The position numbers and the translations under genes are program-made. The notes below the pieces were generated by a model, which had not been told where the DNA came from, searched no databases, and saw only the letters and a program-made list of their open reading frames with translations. Of a DNA stretch of 64,000 nt, positions 63,262-64,000 are shown piece by piece. Location of the stretch: positions 94,366,001 to 94,430,000 of the forward strand of contig CM059431.1 of assembly GCA_030390025.1 (NCBI GenBank), written 5' to 3'. The stretch is from Squalus acanthias (taxonomy: Eukaryota). Position 1 is the first letter of the stretch. The number at the start of each line of letters is the position of its first letter.

Positions 63262-64000
63262 GGGGGAGAAATTCAGTATCGCCCCATTTGGGGCGCAATT
63301 ATCGGCCGGGCACAAAGATTAGCGCCTGGTGCTAATTATCGCCACCGACTGCAAACTTGACTTTTATCGACCCTGGAGGTGATTGGAGCGCTAAATCAGG
63401 CGCTTCACACCTGTCTTAAGGCGCAAAGGCTGAGGAGCGAGGCGCTACCTCAGAGCACTGGCGAAGCTCATGTAATGTCAGTCAGCAATGGAACACACAC
63501 ACAATGGCATGGGCCAGTTCTTAAAGGGGATGGTTAATCTTGCTTTCCATCCACATTCTGCTCATTGCAGCCTTGAATCTCAGCCTGGAAAGACCTGCAC
63601 ATCAAATCTGCTGGAAAGAACAATGGAGAGTACGAGGTAAAGAGCTCAGAGTGCAGCCCCGACAGTCTCTGCTAAATCGATACAAGGAATGGCAAATCAA
63701 AATGAACCTGCAAAGTGCTGCTCAGTACCCAAAACTCCTTCACACAACGTTGAATCTCTCCAGAAGTATCTCTCTCTCTCTCTCAGAATGCGTAGTTCAA
63801 AAATGGCACCAACATTAAAAGGCAGGAAGCGGTCACCTTTAAATAGTGCTCCCCCTTTCCCTTCATGACTGCAGAACGCTCCCCTCAACCTGTCGTTGCT
63901 AGCGTCAGGCGGTAAGGCAGGGGGCGCCACTCAATATCCGCTCCGGGGCGATACCGGGGCGTTGCGCACTCGACTGACATCACGATCTGCCGGCGCAGGA
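63262..64000 (-). mobile_element. Internally deleted H2-lineage Harbinger derivative (other end beyond the window)
   Basis: TTA|GGGGGAGAAATTC terminus; ATTAGCGCCTGGTGCTAAT as at 18701; 63953-63997 matches the reverse complement of 14572-14615. Confidence 0.8.

Overview
Vertebrate genomic DNA, most likely a cartilaginous fish (shark/ray), judged from its repeat families: CR1 LINEs, an L2 LINE, Deu-domain SINEs and Penelope-type short repeats. Most of the window is transposon-derived. One host gene can be assembled on the + strand from phase-compatible exons: putative leader 6104-6152, IgV 12540-12869, transmembrane 27743-27851, cytoplasmic 34484-34535 and terminal 51424-51507. It encodes a single-IgV type I receptor with a CD200R-like tail (DYFERINSVYDT). 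A further exon-like segment (46350-46415) carries an in-frame stop. The introns hold five decayed PIF/Harbinger DNA transposons of two lineages (DDE transposase convergent with a 3-exon Myb/SANT gene; one copy lacks the transposase) and several Harbinger-type MITEs with 3-bp TSDs. They also hold a hAT MITE, many CR1 fragments and a 3-kb 27-bp minisatellite. Short Penelope-like inserts carry minimal hammerhead-ribozyme motifs, with compensatory stem changes between copies. All calls are by eye, without database searches.
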